The notes: generated by a model from the letters alone, not told the origin. 64,000 bases of DNA from Candidatus Melainabacteria bacterium 17Bon1m (GCA_032128875.1 JAVLKG010000007.1:1-64000); one strand, 5' to 3'. Shown: positions 49,886 through 60,747, counted from the first letter of the stretch. Numbers and translations are program-made.

Positions 49886-51250
49886 TTATGCCTGTGGATC
49901 GCAGCCCAAGCGCTTCAACGAACGATCGAGAGTTTCCAGCTGTGATACCAATTTTGATACCAGAGCCAGACTGCCTTGACCGCGTACACGCTCGAGATTT
50001 TCGAGAAGCTTCTGCCTCTCCTTCCACAATTTCTTCACTTCGAGTGAATCGTTCTTTCTGGAAATCGCATGTGCATTAGCTGCTTCGGCAGCCACAAAAC
50101 GATTTACACGAACCTTTTCGGCTTGCTCAGCCTTGGCGGACTTCTCGGAGATTTTCTCCGATTCATTCGATTTGAACTTGGTGTTGTTCGCGTCAGAAAC
50201 ATTGGACAAATTGGTAGGATTCGTAAGGTTATTACGCTCCACCATCTCGTTGAACTTCTTGTCTGCTTGACGGCGAGCGTATTCGCTCAGCTCCATCTGC
50301 TGCTGATTTTTCTTGCGCGCCTCAAGAATTGCCGGGTTTTTCTTCCCGCCGGCAAAATTGTCGAATATCGACATTGCAGCGCCCATGCCGAAAAGCATCA
50401 GTGGCGAACAGAACGCAATTGATGTAAGAGACAGTTCGCTGCGGGCAGAGAAAGCTCTGGCCTCCTCATCCTTAGCCAGTTGCTCCGGAGTCTTGGGAGT
50501 GTTCTTAGCCGCATCTTTAGGCGCGTTTGACGCGGCCTTCTTGTCAGTCGCAGAAGGTTCTTTCTCAGTCTTATTGAGCTGCTCGCGCTTGGTTTGCTCT
50601 TGCTTCAGCTGATTGATGCGCTCACGCTCTTCTTTCAAGCGTGCGGCCAGAAGTAATTCTTTTTGATGTTGAACCTTTTGCTGTTCTTCGCGCAACCTCT
50701 CTTGCTGCGCACGATCTTTTTGCATCTGCTCCTGGCGAGCTTTATCGCGCAGTGCTTGTTCTTGTTTCAAACGAGCTTGCAACTGTTGTTCGCGCTGCAA
50801 TTGTTCTTGCTTCAAACGCGCCTGCAATTGCTGATCGCGCTGCATTTGTTCTAAACGACGACGCGCCTGATCCTGCTGATCGCGCTGCATCTGCTCCTGC
50901 TTGAGCTTTGCTTGCTGCTGTTCATACCTTTGAATTTGCTCTTGCCGGAGCTTTGCTTGCGATTGACTGTCGCGCTGCGTTTGCTCCTTGAAAGAACTGA
51001 CATTCTTCGCCTGTTCTTTGTACGCCAGTTCGCTGCGCAACCGTGCTTGTTCCATCTGGTCGCGGATCATTTGATCCTGGTTTTGTTTCACCTGCTGGAT
51101 CAGATCTTTCTGCAGATTGTCCTTTTGCATCATCTGCGATGCGAGTGTCGCTGCTGTCGCGTCGCCAACTTGAGGCGCTTTCGCCAACAACTTTTCTATG
51201 GAAGCTTCAAGAGCCTGGATTTGCTGTGAGGTATCTGGTGAGTTCATCAA
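49886..51250 (-). CDS. Gln-rich coiled-coil protein with 15-aa repeats and one hydrophobic segment
   Basis: EQMQRDQQLQARLKQ-type repeats; FCSPLMLFGMGAAMSIF. Confidence 0.7.
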   Translation of the reverse strand: MMNSPDTSQQIQALEASIEKLLAKAPQVGDATAATLASQMMQKDNLQKDLIQQVKQNQDQMIRDQMEQARLRSELAYKEQAKNVSSFKEQTQRDSQSQAKLRQEQIQRYEQQQAKLKQEQMQRDQQDQARRRLEQMQRDQQLQARLKQEQLQREQQLQARLKQEQALRDKARQEQMQKDRAQQERLREEQQKVQHQKELLLAARLKEERERINQLKQEQTKREQLNKTEKEPSATDKKAASNAPKDAAKNTPKTPEQLAKDEEARAFSARSELSLTSIAFCSPLMLFGMGAAMSIFDNFAGGKKNPAILEARKKNQQQMELSEYARRQADKKFNEMVERNNLTNPTNLSNVSDANNTKFKSNESEKISEKSAKAEQAEKVRVNRFVAAEAANAHAISRKNDSLEVKKLWKERQKLLENLERVRGQGSLALVSKLVSQLETLDRSLKRLGCDPQA

Positions 51251-51485
51251 GTAAATTTGCCGCGTGCGCTTGGGGTGTCTCTCTCTAATTGGCGCACGCT
51301 CGCCCTGGTGACCATATTCTGGGTTTGCCGAGGGTAAAAGTCGATGGGAAAAATACCCTCAGAAGTTTTGACTGGAACGGAGTTTGGGCTTTTTTTCCAG
51401 CTAAAGTGGGGATTTTCCCATGCTATGACACAGAATAGTAGAAACAGTTCGAAATAGAAATGGCTTAAACAGCATCAAATGGCAT

Positions 51486-51557
51486 GAACGGCGCGGAAAT
51501 GCTCTGCGAAACCCACATTCGGGTATCGCTTCTGTATGAGCATATTCCGCGCCGTTC
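51486..51557. terminator. Long hairpin downstream of mgtE
   Basis: GAACGGCGCGGAA/TTCCGCGCCGTTC plus ATGCTC/GAGCAT. Confidence 0.55.
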
Positions 51558-51578
51558 GCCTACTACTGTCGGGGTCTG

Positions 51579-52832
51579 TCATAGCAGCTTCCCCATAAGG
51601 ACGGCGCTGGCAACGCTGAAGTAGATGACCAGTCCGGTCACATCCACAAGCGTTGCAACGAACGGCGTCGACGCGCTGGCCGGATCGAAACCGAGCCGAC
51701 GCAGCAAGAATGGCAGAACGCTGCCGGTGACGCTGCCCCAGAGGACAACACCAACCAGGCTGACTGCCACGGTGAGCCCGATCAGCACGGAGTGCGGACC
51801 GTAGATGTGGAACATCTGCTCCCAGGCGACGACCCGGACGAATCCGAGCATGCCGAGGATAAGTCCCAGCGAAAGACCCGTGACCAACTCGCGCTTCATG
51901 ACACGGAACCAGTCGCGCAGCTTCACTTCACCCAGCGCCATGGCGCGAATGACGAGCGTGGACGCCTGCGAACCGGCGTTGCCGCCCGACGAGATGATCA
52001 GCGGAACGAAGAGCGCCAGGATTACCGCCTTGGCGATTTCGTCCTGGAAGTGAGCCATCGCGCTCGCCGTCAGCAGTTCGCCGATGAAGAGCATGACCAG
52101 CCAGCCACCACGCTTGCGAATCATCGTGGGCAGCTTGGTGGTCAGATAGGGCATGTCCAGGGCTTCGGAACCACCCATCTTCTGCATGTCTTCGGTGGCT
52201 TCGGAGCGAACGACGTTGACGACGTCATCGGCGGTCACCACACCCTTCATGCAGCCGTTGCCGTCGAGGACGGGAATGGCAATCAGGTGATTGGTCGCGA
52301 AGATATTTGCGACTTCGTCCTGGGCGCAGTTTTCCGGCAGCGTCACGAGCTTGGAGCGCATGATCTGCTGAATTTCACGGCTGCCTTCCACCATCAGAAG
52401 CTCCTTCATGGAAATCACTCCCATGAGCTTCTGCTGGCTGTTGAGGACGTAGACGTAAGACGAAGTGGCCGGATTGGCCGTAACTTGCTTGCGCACGTAC
52501 ATGATCGCTTCTTGAGCGGTCATGTGGGGGCGAACGCGGATGTAGCGGGGATTCATCAATCCGCCGGCGACATCTTCAGCGTATGCGAGCAATGCCGTCA
52601 CTTCCGCACGGGCGCTGAAGTCCAGCAGCGCCAGGAGCTTTCCGCGCTGTGCGTGATCCAGCGACTGCAGCAGGTCGGCCGCATCATCGGGATCGAGCAC
52701 GCGCATGGCGAGACGTTGAGCATCCGGGGAGAACGTGCCGATGAGGTCAGCCTGTTCGCGCACCGAGAGCTCCTCGAATGCCGTTCCGGCAGTGTTGCTG
52801 TGCCGGAAGAGATTGTTTTCAGTGGTGGTCAT
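51579..52832 (-). CDS. mgtE: Magnesium transporter MgtE
   Basis: CBS pair (AGGLM, GVVTADD), SSGGNAGSQ, DPASASTPFVATLVD; GGAGG RBS. Confidence 0.93.
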   Translation of the reverse strand: MTTTENNLFRHSNTAGTAFEELSVREQADLIGTFSPDAQRLAMRVLDPDDAADLLQSLDHAQRGKLLALLDFSARAEVTALLAYAEDVAGGLMNPRYIRVRPHMTAQEAIMYVRKQVTANPATSSYVYVLNSQQKLMGVISMKELLMVEGSREIQQIMRSKLVTLPENCAQDEVANIFATNHLIAIPVLDGNGCMKGVVTADDVVNVVRSEATEDMQKMGGSEALDMPYLTTKLPTMIRKRGGWLVMLFIGELLTASAMAHFQDEIAKAVILALFVPLIISSGGNAGSQASTLVIRAMALGEVKLRDWFRVMKRELVTGLSLGLILGMLGFVRVVAWEQMFHIYGPHSVLIGLTVAVSLVGVVLWGSVTGSVLPFLLRRLGFDPASASTPFVATLVDVTGLVIYFSVASAVLMGKLL

Positions 52833-53301
52833 AATTCACCTCCGATTATTTGAGAGGTTGAACAGCGGGCTGCAAGAAAAACGCAACCCAGCGAGAATGC
52901 ACAAGCACAAGGGCGCCGTGTTGATGCGAATTAGTAGAAACCTTTCGACCGAACCTCAGCCAACCAAACGAACCTGCCTTTCGCCGAGCGGAGTCTCTGG
53001 CGATCGCGGCGCGATCAGGTCAAAGACTCTAAGAGCAGACTAGAGAGGAATTTGGGCTTGTGTGAAACGCGGACTGGGTTGGTGAAAAACGGTATGGTTG
53101 CAGCCTTACATAGATGCAAAGAGATAAGCTAATTGAGCTTATTTAAGAACACGCGTCATAGAACTATAAATAGAGAACGTTTGAGGCTAGAACGTTCATG
53201 AGCGTTCTTGAAACGCTCATAGAGCGCTCTAATAGCACTGGTTCGTTTTGATCTATGAAACCGGCCTAGTCTTCGCCGCGAAAAAAATAGACCTCGCGAA
53301 T

Positions 53302-54294
53302 CTATCGCGAGCCGTCTTCCTCTTCGTCAGTGAAAGCTTCGTGGTCAGGCGTGTCACGGTGATATTTCATCACTGATTCCTTTTGCTTTGCCGGCATCAT
53401 GTTGATGGCTTCATCGTGTGATAGCCAGTAGAGATATCCGAGCATGCCCGCCAAACCGAAATATGCAATGCCAATCATCGACTTCTGCGCCAGAGTTGCT
53501 GGAGTTTGAACCTGACCCGCACGCATAGGTCTTTGATCAGGGTTTTTGAACTGACCGACGGCGCTCATGAAGGCAATAATTCCGATGATCGCAAAGATGA
53601 ACGAATGGAAGAAGAAAGCATATGCAAAAACCAGTCCCACTCCCGGAATCAACAACCACTTACTGATTGCGTTGACGACAAAACCGCCGTCCAGTGGCTT
53701 TGCAGGGATGAGCTGCAGTAAGTTCAAGAACAGTCCAACGCTGCCGGCCGCAACAAAGAAAAGATTTTGCGTGGTAGCGCCGTAGTAGTAGAAAGCAGCG
53801 GAAGTGACACCGCCTAACAATGGTCCTGCTAATGAGACCCAAGCGTCAGTAGCTTGATCCGCAGGCATCTTTTCCATCTCGACGTAAGCGCCAAGGAAAG
53901 GAACAAACATCATCGGCTTAGGATTTAAGCCGTTAAACTTCATGCAAATGTAGTGACCAAGCTCGTGGATGATAATCAAACCCACGACAATCACCGCAAA
54001 AATTGGTCCAAAAAGCATCCAATAAGCTGCAAGTGAAACGAAGAGCATGAAAAAGCTTTTGAACAACCAACCTAACTTCAAAAAGCTCAGTCCCTTCAAT
54101 GCAGCGAAGAGGTAGAACTTGCCTTTCAGCAGAAACACACCGAGAAGGCCCAGCCCTCCCCACATCCCGGCTTTGCCTTTTTTCTCGGAACCTTCGTCGG
54201 AAGGCGCTTGCTGTTGGAAGTGTGCCTGCCCATGGTGAGTTTGCTGCTCGGCTCCGATTTCGCGATTGGATTCCGGTTGCTCTTGTGCGGACAT
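53302..54294 (-). CDS. Site-2 (M50) membrane zinc protease
   Basis: HELGH, SLAGP, NLLQLIPAKPLDGG. Confidence 0.9.
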   Translation of the reverse strand: MSAQEQPESNREIGAEQQTHHGQAHFQQQAPSDEGSEKKGKAGMWGGLGLLGVFLLKGKFYLFAALKGLSFLKLGWLFKSFFMLFVSLAAYWMLFGPIFAVIVVGLIIIHELGHYICMKFNGLNPKPMMFVPFLGAYVEMEKMPADQATDAWVSLAGPLLGGVTSAAFYYYGATTQNLFFVAAGSVGLFLNLLQLIPAKPLDGGFVVNAISKWLLIPGVGLVFAYAFFFHSFIFAIIGIIAFMSAVGQFKNPDQRPMRAGQVQTPATLAQKSMIGIAYFGLAGMLGYLYWLSHDEAINMMPAKQKESVMKYHRDTPDHEAFTDEEEDGSR

Positions 54295-54588
54295 TCAACA
54301 TTCCTCGTTTTGGTCGCTCGACCAATAGTTTCCTACCCGATGACTCGACACATATATGAAGCGTATCACCGTTGGAAATCTATCGCAGGGACGCCAAGAA
54401 CCGCACAAGAAGCCAAGTGTTACAACCAACACTTTCGCATCTGTTGGTTTTGGAGGATCATGAAACCCAAATCATGGAACCAGCTGGGGTTTCGAGCGTC
54501 TCAATCTTCTGTGCCAGTGCGTCCCCAACAAAATCTAAAACGCTCTGAACATGTACTGAAGCCCGTTAGTCGCTAAAATATTTGGGTT

Positions 54589-55398
54589 ATGGTTTCATCC
54601 GTTCGTTCTCGCAACAGCATATTTCGCCCCATCGACATCATGGTCGAGCAGTTCGGCAAAGCTTGCCAACTGCTCGGGCAATGCCTGATTCTCCTGTTTC
54701 ACACACTCAAGTACATAGTGCGCGGCGAGATCGACTGGCGCGAAACCTGGCGCCAGAGCTACAAAATTGGCGTCGAGTCTTGCATAGTCGTTTCGCTCAC
54801 CGCTCTATTCACCGGATTCGCTATGTCGCTGCAGATTTCGCGCGAGTTGGTGCTTTTTGGCGCCGACACCGCAATTGGCGGCGTCGTATCGCTGGCGCTG
54901 GTCAGGGAAATCGGTCCAATCACTGCCGGCATCATGGTCGCCGGGCGCGTCGGCTCGTCCGTCGCAGCCGAGCTGACCACTATGATGATTACCGAGCAAA
55001 TCGATGCTCTTAAGGTTATGCGCGTCGATCCCGTTCAATTCCTCGTTGTTCCGCGCTTCGTGGCAGCAATGCTGATGATGCCTGCGCTCACTGTTTACGC
55101 AATGGCGCTCGGACTTGTCGCCGGAATTCTTATCGCTTACTCAGCCGCAAACGTGCCTGCTGCAACCTTTCTCGACTCTGTCAAACAAACCATTCTCGAC
55201 CGCGATTTCGGCACGCACTTCTTGAAGGCGTGGACAAATGCGATTCTTATCATCGTAATTTCCTGTGCAATCGGGTTGAGAACCAGAGGTGGCGCGGAAG
55301 ACGTCGGTATCGCCACAACGCGCACGATCGTGTGGACTATGACGATGCTTTTCGTCTGCAACTACATCATCACCGCTGTCACATACGCGCCGAGGTGA
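54589..55398 (+). CDS. mlaE: MlaE-family ABC permease
   Basis: REIGPITAGIMVAGRVGS, TEQIDALKVM, GGAEDVG. Confidence 0.92.
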   Translation: MVSSVRSRNSIFRPIDIMVEQFGKACQLLGQCLILLFHTLKYIVRGEIDWRETWRQSYKIGVESCIVVSLTALFTGFAMSLQISRELVLFGADTAIGGVVSLALVREIGPITAGIMVAGRVGSSVAAELTTMMITEQIDALKVMRVDPVQFLVVPRFVAAMLMMPALTVYAMALGLVAGILIAYSAANVPAATFLDSVKQTILDRDFGTHFLKAWTNAILIIVISCAIGLRTRGGAEDVGIATTRTIVWTMTMLFVCNYIITAVTYAPR

Positions 55399-55409
55399 TC
55401 AATTTGCAG

Positions 55410-56162
55410 ATGGTTCGTCAAAAACAGCCTCCGAAAATAGACAGCTCAACTCAACCTATGGTTGAAGTCAAAGACGTGTACAAAGCGTTTGGCGACAAAG
55501 CTATTCTCAAAGGCGTCACCTTCAACGTTTACCCAGGCGAAATCCTTGGCTTGGTCGGCAAATCCGGCTGCGGAAAGTCCACCATACTCAAGATTTTGTG
55601 CGGACTGCTAGAACCAGACTCGGGCACGATCCGCATGCACTCCGACGAAGTCGGGCTTGTATTCCAAGGCTCTGCGCTTTTGAACTCCTATACGGTCAAG
55701 GAAAACCTGGCCATAGCGCTGCGCAGACGCAAATTGAGCAAGCAAGAACAAGAGCGAATTATCGCCGAGAAGTTAGAGCTGGTCGGGCTGCGCGGTTTTG
55801 AAAACAAGTATCCGACCCAGCTTTCCGGCGGTCAGCAAAAGCGGACGAGTTTTGCCCGCGCCATCGTCAACGATCCGAAAATCATTTTTTATGATGAGCC
55901 GACAACCGGACTCGATCCGGTCATCTCGACCGTCATCGAAGACTACATGAACGAGCTGGAAGACAGGCTCAACGCTGCATCCATCGTCGTTACGCACCAA
56001 TTATCCACATGGACGCGCACAGCCGATCGCGTGCTTCTGATGCACGACGGGCGCATCGAGTGGGAAGGAACACCTGATGAGGCGCTGATTTCATCGAATC
56101 CGTACATCCAACAATTTGCGTATGCTAAGCGGGAGGGACCTCTGCTTGATAGCACTATTTGA
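55410..56162 (+). CDS. mlaF: MlaF-family ABC ATPase
   Basis: GKSGCGKS, LSGGQ, YDEPTTGLDP; lies between mlaE and mlaD. Confidence 0.9.
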   Translation: MVRQKQPPKIDSSTQPMVEVKDVYKAFGDKAILKGVTFNVYPGEILGLVGKSGCGKSTILKILCGLLEPDSGTIRMHSDEVGLVFQGSALLNSYTVKENLAIALRRRKLSKQEQERIIAEKLELVGLRGFENKYPTQLSGGQQKRTSFARAIVNDPKIIFYDEPTTGLDPVISTVIEDYMNELEDRLNAASIVVTHQLSTWTRTADRVLLMHDGRIEWEGTPDEALISSNPYIQQFAYAKREGPLLDSTI

Positions 56163-56196
56163 ACCGAAGACCAAAGAGAAAGACAGGACAAAGCAA

Positions 56197-57507
56197 TTGA
56201 ATTCAACACCTATTCAGAAGAAGCCCGAGGAGTCCATTCATTATGAATGGCGGGTCGGCTTCTTTGCTTTCGTCGCTTTCTGCCTTTTGACTTTTGGCTG
56301 GGGCTGGCTCAAATCTTTCTCAATGGAAGCGCCTCAGCGTTTCGGCGTCAGATTTGCTGACGTCGCCGGACTGGCGAACAACGCGCCAGTCAACCTCAAT
56401 GGTGTTCGCGTAGGCGTGGTCGAAAAAATCGATCTCAAAGGAAAGAGCGAAGTCATCGCGCACTTGAAGATCACAACAACTGATGTACCGATCACCGAAG
56501 GTTCCAAAGTCACGATTCAAACACTTGGTTTGGTGGGCGCCAAGTACATTGAAATCAACCTGCCCGACATCAAAGAAGGCGAACCTGCACCCCCAGTTAT
56601 TCCCACAGATTCAATCGTCGAAGGTGAAAACCCGGTTCGCACCGAACTTTACCTCAACAAGATCGCGACCAACTTCAGCAGTTTCACAGATGATATTGCC
56701 GCTGAAAAGTCGAGAACAAGCCTTAGAACGGCGCTGGAAAAATCCGGCGCGACAATGACCAATATTCAGTCTGCGGCTGAGAAGCTCGACAAGAACATGG
56801 AAAAGCTCTCCTCCGCTACCGAAAGTTTGAAGGGCACCTCCGACAAATTCGGCCACACTTCGCAGTCTGCAACAAGATTTTTCGACGAAGGCTCAAGCAC
56901 TCTCAAGGACGTGAAGGGCGTATCGACACGCATGAAGAAGATTCTCGACAATCCGGCTCTGACGACCGATTTGAAAGAAACAGCTCAAATGGCGCGCGAG
57001 ACCTCGGAAAATGTCAAAGCGGCCCTCAACAATCTGACCAATACTCTTCAAGACAAGCCTCTGCGCGACGACATGCTTAATATGATGACGAAGCTCAGCT
57101 CTTCGACTGAAAGCATCGCTGTCTCCATGAAGCAGGTCGATAAACTGACCGGCGATCAAGCGCTGCGAAGCGACCTCAAGCAGATTACAGAAAACGCTAG
57201 AGATGCGGTCAACAAAGCAAACAAGCTGGTTAGCGACACTAATTTCGGAGCTGATATCTCGTCGACCATGCAGTCGGTGAAGAAAACATCTAATGACCTC
57301 GATATAGTCGCTAAACAGCTCAATCAGGTACTCAACAAGCGCAATCCTCTTTTCCACTTGATGTTCGGCAAGCCCGGCTACATCAAAGAAACAAAAGTAA
57401 AAGAAGAGAAAACCGAGAAGAAAGAAGGCGCGGAGACGAAGAAGACGGTTGAAACGACCACGACAGAAACTCCCGCGCAGCCTGCCGAGCCACCCAAGAG
57501 CGAATAA
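56197..57507 (+). CDS. mlaD: MlaD/MCE protein with long helical domain
   Basis: TM, FADVAGL...VNLNGVRVGVV, GLVGAKYIEI; start uncertain (TTG 56197 chosen). Confidence 0.85.
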   Translation: MNSTPIQKKPEESIHYEWRVGFFAFVAFCLLTFGWGWLKSFSMEAPQRFGVRFADVAGLANNAPVNLNGVRVGVVEKIDLKGKSEVIAHLKITTTDVPITEGSKVTIQTLGLVGAKYIEINLPDIKEGEPAPPVIPTDSIVEGENPVRTELYLNKIATNFSSFTDDIAAEKSRTSLRTALEKSGATMTNIQSAAEKLDKNMEKLSSATESLKGTSDKFGHTSQSATRFFDEGSSTLKDVKGVSTRMKKILDNPALTTDLKETAQMARETSENVKAALNNLTNTLQDKPLRDDMLNMMTKLSSSTESIAVSMKQVDKLTGDQALRSDLKQITENARDAVNKANKLVSDTNFGADISSTMQSVKKTSNDLDIVAKQLNQVLNKRNPLFHLMFGKPGYIKETKVKEEKTEKKEGAETKKTVETTTTETPAQPAEPPKSE

Positions 57508-57539
57508 TACCCAAAGCGTGGCGCTCCGGTTCTCTTAAC

Positions 57540-57678
57540 GTAGGGGCGATGCCATGCGTCGCCCGGTTTATTAGGGTAAAATAGTCGGTCCCCAATCGGG
57601 TTATGGTGTCGGCGTAATGTAGAGTCGACGCCATGCGTGGAGTTGACTTAATGTAGGGTCGACGCCATGCGTCGACCG
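57540..57678 (+). repeat. Cluster of three GTAG-type REP-like palindromes
   Basis: GTAGGGGCGATGCCATGCGTCGCCC (57540), GTAGAGTCGACGCCATGCGT (57619), GTAGGGTCGACGCCATGCGTCGACC (57653); variants at 59171 and 62539. Confidence 0.75.
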
Positions 57679-57695
57679 CACAAGAGAGACTGGCT

Positions 57696-59129
57696 ATGAA
57701 ATACGACACAGTTATCGGGCTGGAAGTTCACGCCCAACTGAAAACAAAGACCAAGATATTTTGCTCCTGCCCAACCGAATTCGGGCAGGGTCCAAACGAT
57801 CAAGTCTGCCCAATTTGCCTGGGAATGCCGGGCGTGCTGCCGGTTTTAAATAAGCGCGCACTCGAACTTGCAATTCGCGCGGGTCTCTCTCTAAACTGCG
57901 AGATCGCCGAAACAACTAAGTTTGACCGCAAAAACTATTTCTATCCTGACTTGCCGAAAGGCTATCAAATCTCGCAATACGACAAACCTATTTGCAAACA
58001 AGGGCATCTGACCGTCAAAGGAAAGAAGGTTCGCATCACGCGTGCGCACCTTGAAGAAGATGCTGGAAAGCTCGTTCACGCTGGCGCAGAAGGCTTGCAC
58101 GGCTCCACGCACTCTTGCCCGGACTACAACCGTGCCGGTGTTCCGCTTTTGGAAATCGTCAGCGAGCCGGACATCACATCCGCTGAAGATGCGCGCGAAT
58201 ACTTAACTGAGTTGCGCACACTGCTGCGCTATGTGGATGTTTGCGATGGAAACTTGGAAGAAGGAAGTTTTCGCTGTGATGCAAACGTTTCCATCAAACC
58301 CGCTGGTTCTGCGGAACTCGGAACACGCACCGAAATCAAAAACATGAACAGCTTCAAGGCTGTTGAGCGCGCAATCAACTCCGAAGTGGAACGCCAAATC
58401 CAGCTCGTAGAGGGCGGCGGCAAAGTCGTGCAAGAAACACGCTTGTGGAACGAAGCCACAGGAAAAACTTTTGCCATGCGCTCGAAAGAAGATGCGCATG
58501 ATTACAGGTATTTCCCAGACCCAGATCTAATTCCCTTCACGGTCAGCCGCGACTGGGTGAAAGAAGTTGAAGCCGAGATGCCGGAATTGCCTGAAGCACG
58601 CCGCGCTCGTTATATCGAGAAATGCGGCATGTCAGCGGAGGACGCTTACATTCTTGCAGAAAACAAAGACATGAGCGACTTCTATGATGAGGTTTTGAAA
58701 CTCGGTGCCAACGCAAAAACCGTTGCAAACTGGCTCTTGGGACCAGCTCTCGCTTTCATGAATGAAAACGGGCTTGATTTCACCCAACTCAAAGCAACAC
58801 CGCAAACGATTGCGGACCTCGCTAATGTCGTCAACAAAGGCACAATTGGCACCACGACTGCAAAGCAACTGCTTCCGGAACTCCTTAAAGACGGCGGCGA
58901 TGTGAATCAGATCATCAAAGATAAAGGGCTCGCCCAAGTTTCTGATGAAGCCGGCTTGAAAACTGCAGTAGAAGAAGTTATTTCCAAATTCCCCGATCAG
59001 CTCGCCGAGTTTCGCTCAGGCAAAGTCAAAGTACGCCAATTCTTCTTCGGCGAAACGATGAAATCGCTCAAGGGCAAAGGCAATCCGCAAGTCATCAACA
59101 AACTTCTGGACGAACTTCTCCCCGGCTAA
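57696..59129 (+). CDS. gatB: Asp/Glu-tRNA amidotransferase subunit B
   Basis: VIGLEVHAQL, RKNYFYPDLPKGYQISQ, DYRYFPDPDL. Confidence 0.97.
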   Translation: MKYDTVIGLEVHAQLKTKTKIFCSCPTEFGQGPNDQVCPICLGMPGVLPVLNKRALELAIRAGLSLNCEIAETTKFDRKNYFYPDLPKGYQISQYDKPICKQGHLTVKGKKVRITRAHLEEDAGKLVHAGAEGLHGSTHSCPDYNRAGVPLLEIVSEPDITSAEDAREYLTELRTLLRYVDVCDGNLEEGSFRCDANVSIKPAGSAELGTRTEIKNMNSFKAVERAINSEVERQIQLVEGGGKVVQETRLWNEATGKTFAMRSKEDAHDYRYFPDPDLIPFTVSRDWVKEVEAEMPELPEARRARYIEKCGMSAEDAYILAENKDMSDFYDEVLKLGANAKTVANWLLGPALAFMNENGLDFTQLKATPQTIADLANVVNKGTIGTTTAKQLLPELLKDGGDVNQIIKDKGLAQVSDEAGLKTAVEEVISKFPDQLAEFRSGKVKVRQFFFGETMKSLKGKGNPQVINKLLDELLPG

Positions 59130-59235
59130 AATCGTGGGGGCGCGTTGCACGCCACCTTTTCCAATTTTGATTGGAGCGATGCCATGCATCGTACGGCTTA
59201 ATTTGCCGTGATAGATTGGAGAAACTTCTCTCTCC

Positions 59236-59754
59236 ATGCAAATGCTAAACAACCTCAAAAATTGCTTCACTGTTTCCGTCCTAATGCTGCTGCTTTGCGG
59301 TTCAAATTGTTTCGCAAAAACGCCTGACACCGAGAGTAGAACAAATCAAACCAGTACAAAACCCACTGACTCTAAGCTACGTGAAACGAGCACAAGAACT
59401 GCAAAACAAGCTCACGCGGAGCCTAAGAAAGCGCTCTTGGACGACGAAGCCGCCAAAAGCAGTGTTTCAGATTTTGCAAAAGAATACGCTGCTCTCATGA
59501 AGAAGGCGACATCAGCTATCCATATAAACTGGCCTTTGAAAATGAACGCAGAACAAAAACTTTGGAGCGACTACAAGTCAGGAAAGTATGCGAAGAACAG
59601 AGAGTTCATGCGGAATATGAAACTGGCTGAGCCATATCACAACAGGCTTCGTTCCATCCTGCACATATTCGAAGATCAAAAGCTCGAGAAGCTCGATTTT
59701 TCGCACTCGTCTAACGCGAAGCCCAACGTGAAGAAAAATAGCTCGGTCAGATAA
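59236..59754 (+). CDS. Hypothetical secreted protein
   Basis: Signal-peptide-like N-terminus. Confidence 0.5.
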   Translation: MQMLNNLKNCFTVSVLMLLLCGSNCFAKTPDTESRTNQTSTKPTDSKLRETSTRTAKQAHAEPKKALLDDEAAKSSVSDFAKEYAALMKKATSAIHINWPLKMNAEQKLWSDYKSGKYAKNREFMRNMKLAEPYHNRLRSILHIFEDQKLEKLDFSHSSNAKPNVKKNSSVR

Positions 59755-59832
59755 TTCGATAACAAGTCAGTAACAACGTACCGCCGGATACAAACTACAA
59801 TAGACACCTCTTCGATGTTTGGAGGTTCGTCC

Positions 59833-60747
59833 ATGAAAGCTTTTGGCGCAGTTGCAGCCCTTTTTCTTCTTTGCACTACCGCAAGTTTCGCGCAAATTTC
59901 CGTACAAGGTGAGGACGGAAGCACAATTACCATTGGACCTGGCGGCATCAATATGAATGACCGCAGCTCGGGAAGCAAATCACACGTGCGGATGGGCGCT
60001 GGCGGAATACAAATAGACAGCGCAAATGGCGCAAATCGATCGCGCGTCAACCTCGGACCAGGCATCAATGTTCAAACAAATCGAGGAGTTGGGACTAGCG
60101 TAACCTCGACCACAAAACACATCGGCACAAACACTGTAAAGACGACCACAGTCACACAAACTGCTGGCGGTGCCGGTCAGCAAATTTCACTCATCGAACT
60201 GAAAATCTACGGAAAGACCTTTCCGGCAATGCCTTTGATGGCTCGCGTTGAAAAACTCGAAGTAGACAACCTGGGCAAGAAAGGCGCTGGTCCGCTGAAA
60301 ACTCGAATCAGCATTTTAGCGAAAGAACTCGGCGTTAACCTGGCGTCGACCACAACGACTACCTCCACGACCGTCGTCAATCCCGGCAATACCATACACA
60401 TAAACTCTGGACGACCAGAAGCTGCCACAATCAGCGTCATCGACGGCGCTTCGAGAGGATCAATCATCGCCAATGAGTTGAATGATCTAGTGATTAACGA
60501 AAACAATCAAATTATCAAAGGACACTGCAACGGCAACGCCATTGTGATCAATGGAAACCACTGCCAGCTTCATCTTTCAGGCAAGTTAGGAAGTGTCACT
60601 ATCAATGGTAATCACAATATCGTAAAGTCGGAGCGCATCGAAGAAGTTGTCACCAACGGCAATTTCAACGCAGTCACCTGGGCGCATGGACAGGCAACGC
60701 CGGACATCGCTAATAACGGCAAAGACAACACCATTCGCCAGCAATAA
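59833..60747 (+). CDS. Secreted protein with beta-repeat C-terminus (DUF3060-like)
   Basis: GGAGG RBS, signal peptide, INGNHC/INGNHN/TNGNFN repeats. Confidence 0.6.
   Translation: MKAFGAVAALFLLCTTASFAQISVQGEDGSTITIGPGGINMNDRSSGSKSHVRMGAGGIQIDSANGANRSRVNLGPGINVQTNRGVGTSVTSTTKHIGTNTVKTTTVTQTAGGAGQQISLIELKIYGKTFPAMPLMARVEKLEVDNLGKKGAGPLKTRISILAKELGVNLASTTTTTSTTVVNPGNTIHINSGRPEAATISVIDGASRGSIIANELNDLVINENNQIIKGHCNGNAIVINGNHCQLHLSGKLGSVTINGNHNIVKSERIEEVVTNGNFNAVTWAHGQATPDIANNGKDNTIRQQ

Noticed and set aside
52840-53110. M-box (ykoK) riboswitch
   Set aside because: The conserved M-box sequence blocks as I recall them are not visible; kept only as an unclassified leader.
57540-57678. CRISPR array
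   Set aside because: Repeats are degenerate and unevenly spaced, and no cas genes are present; REP-like fits better.
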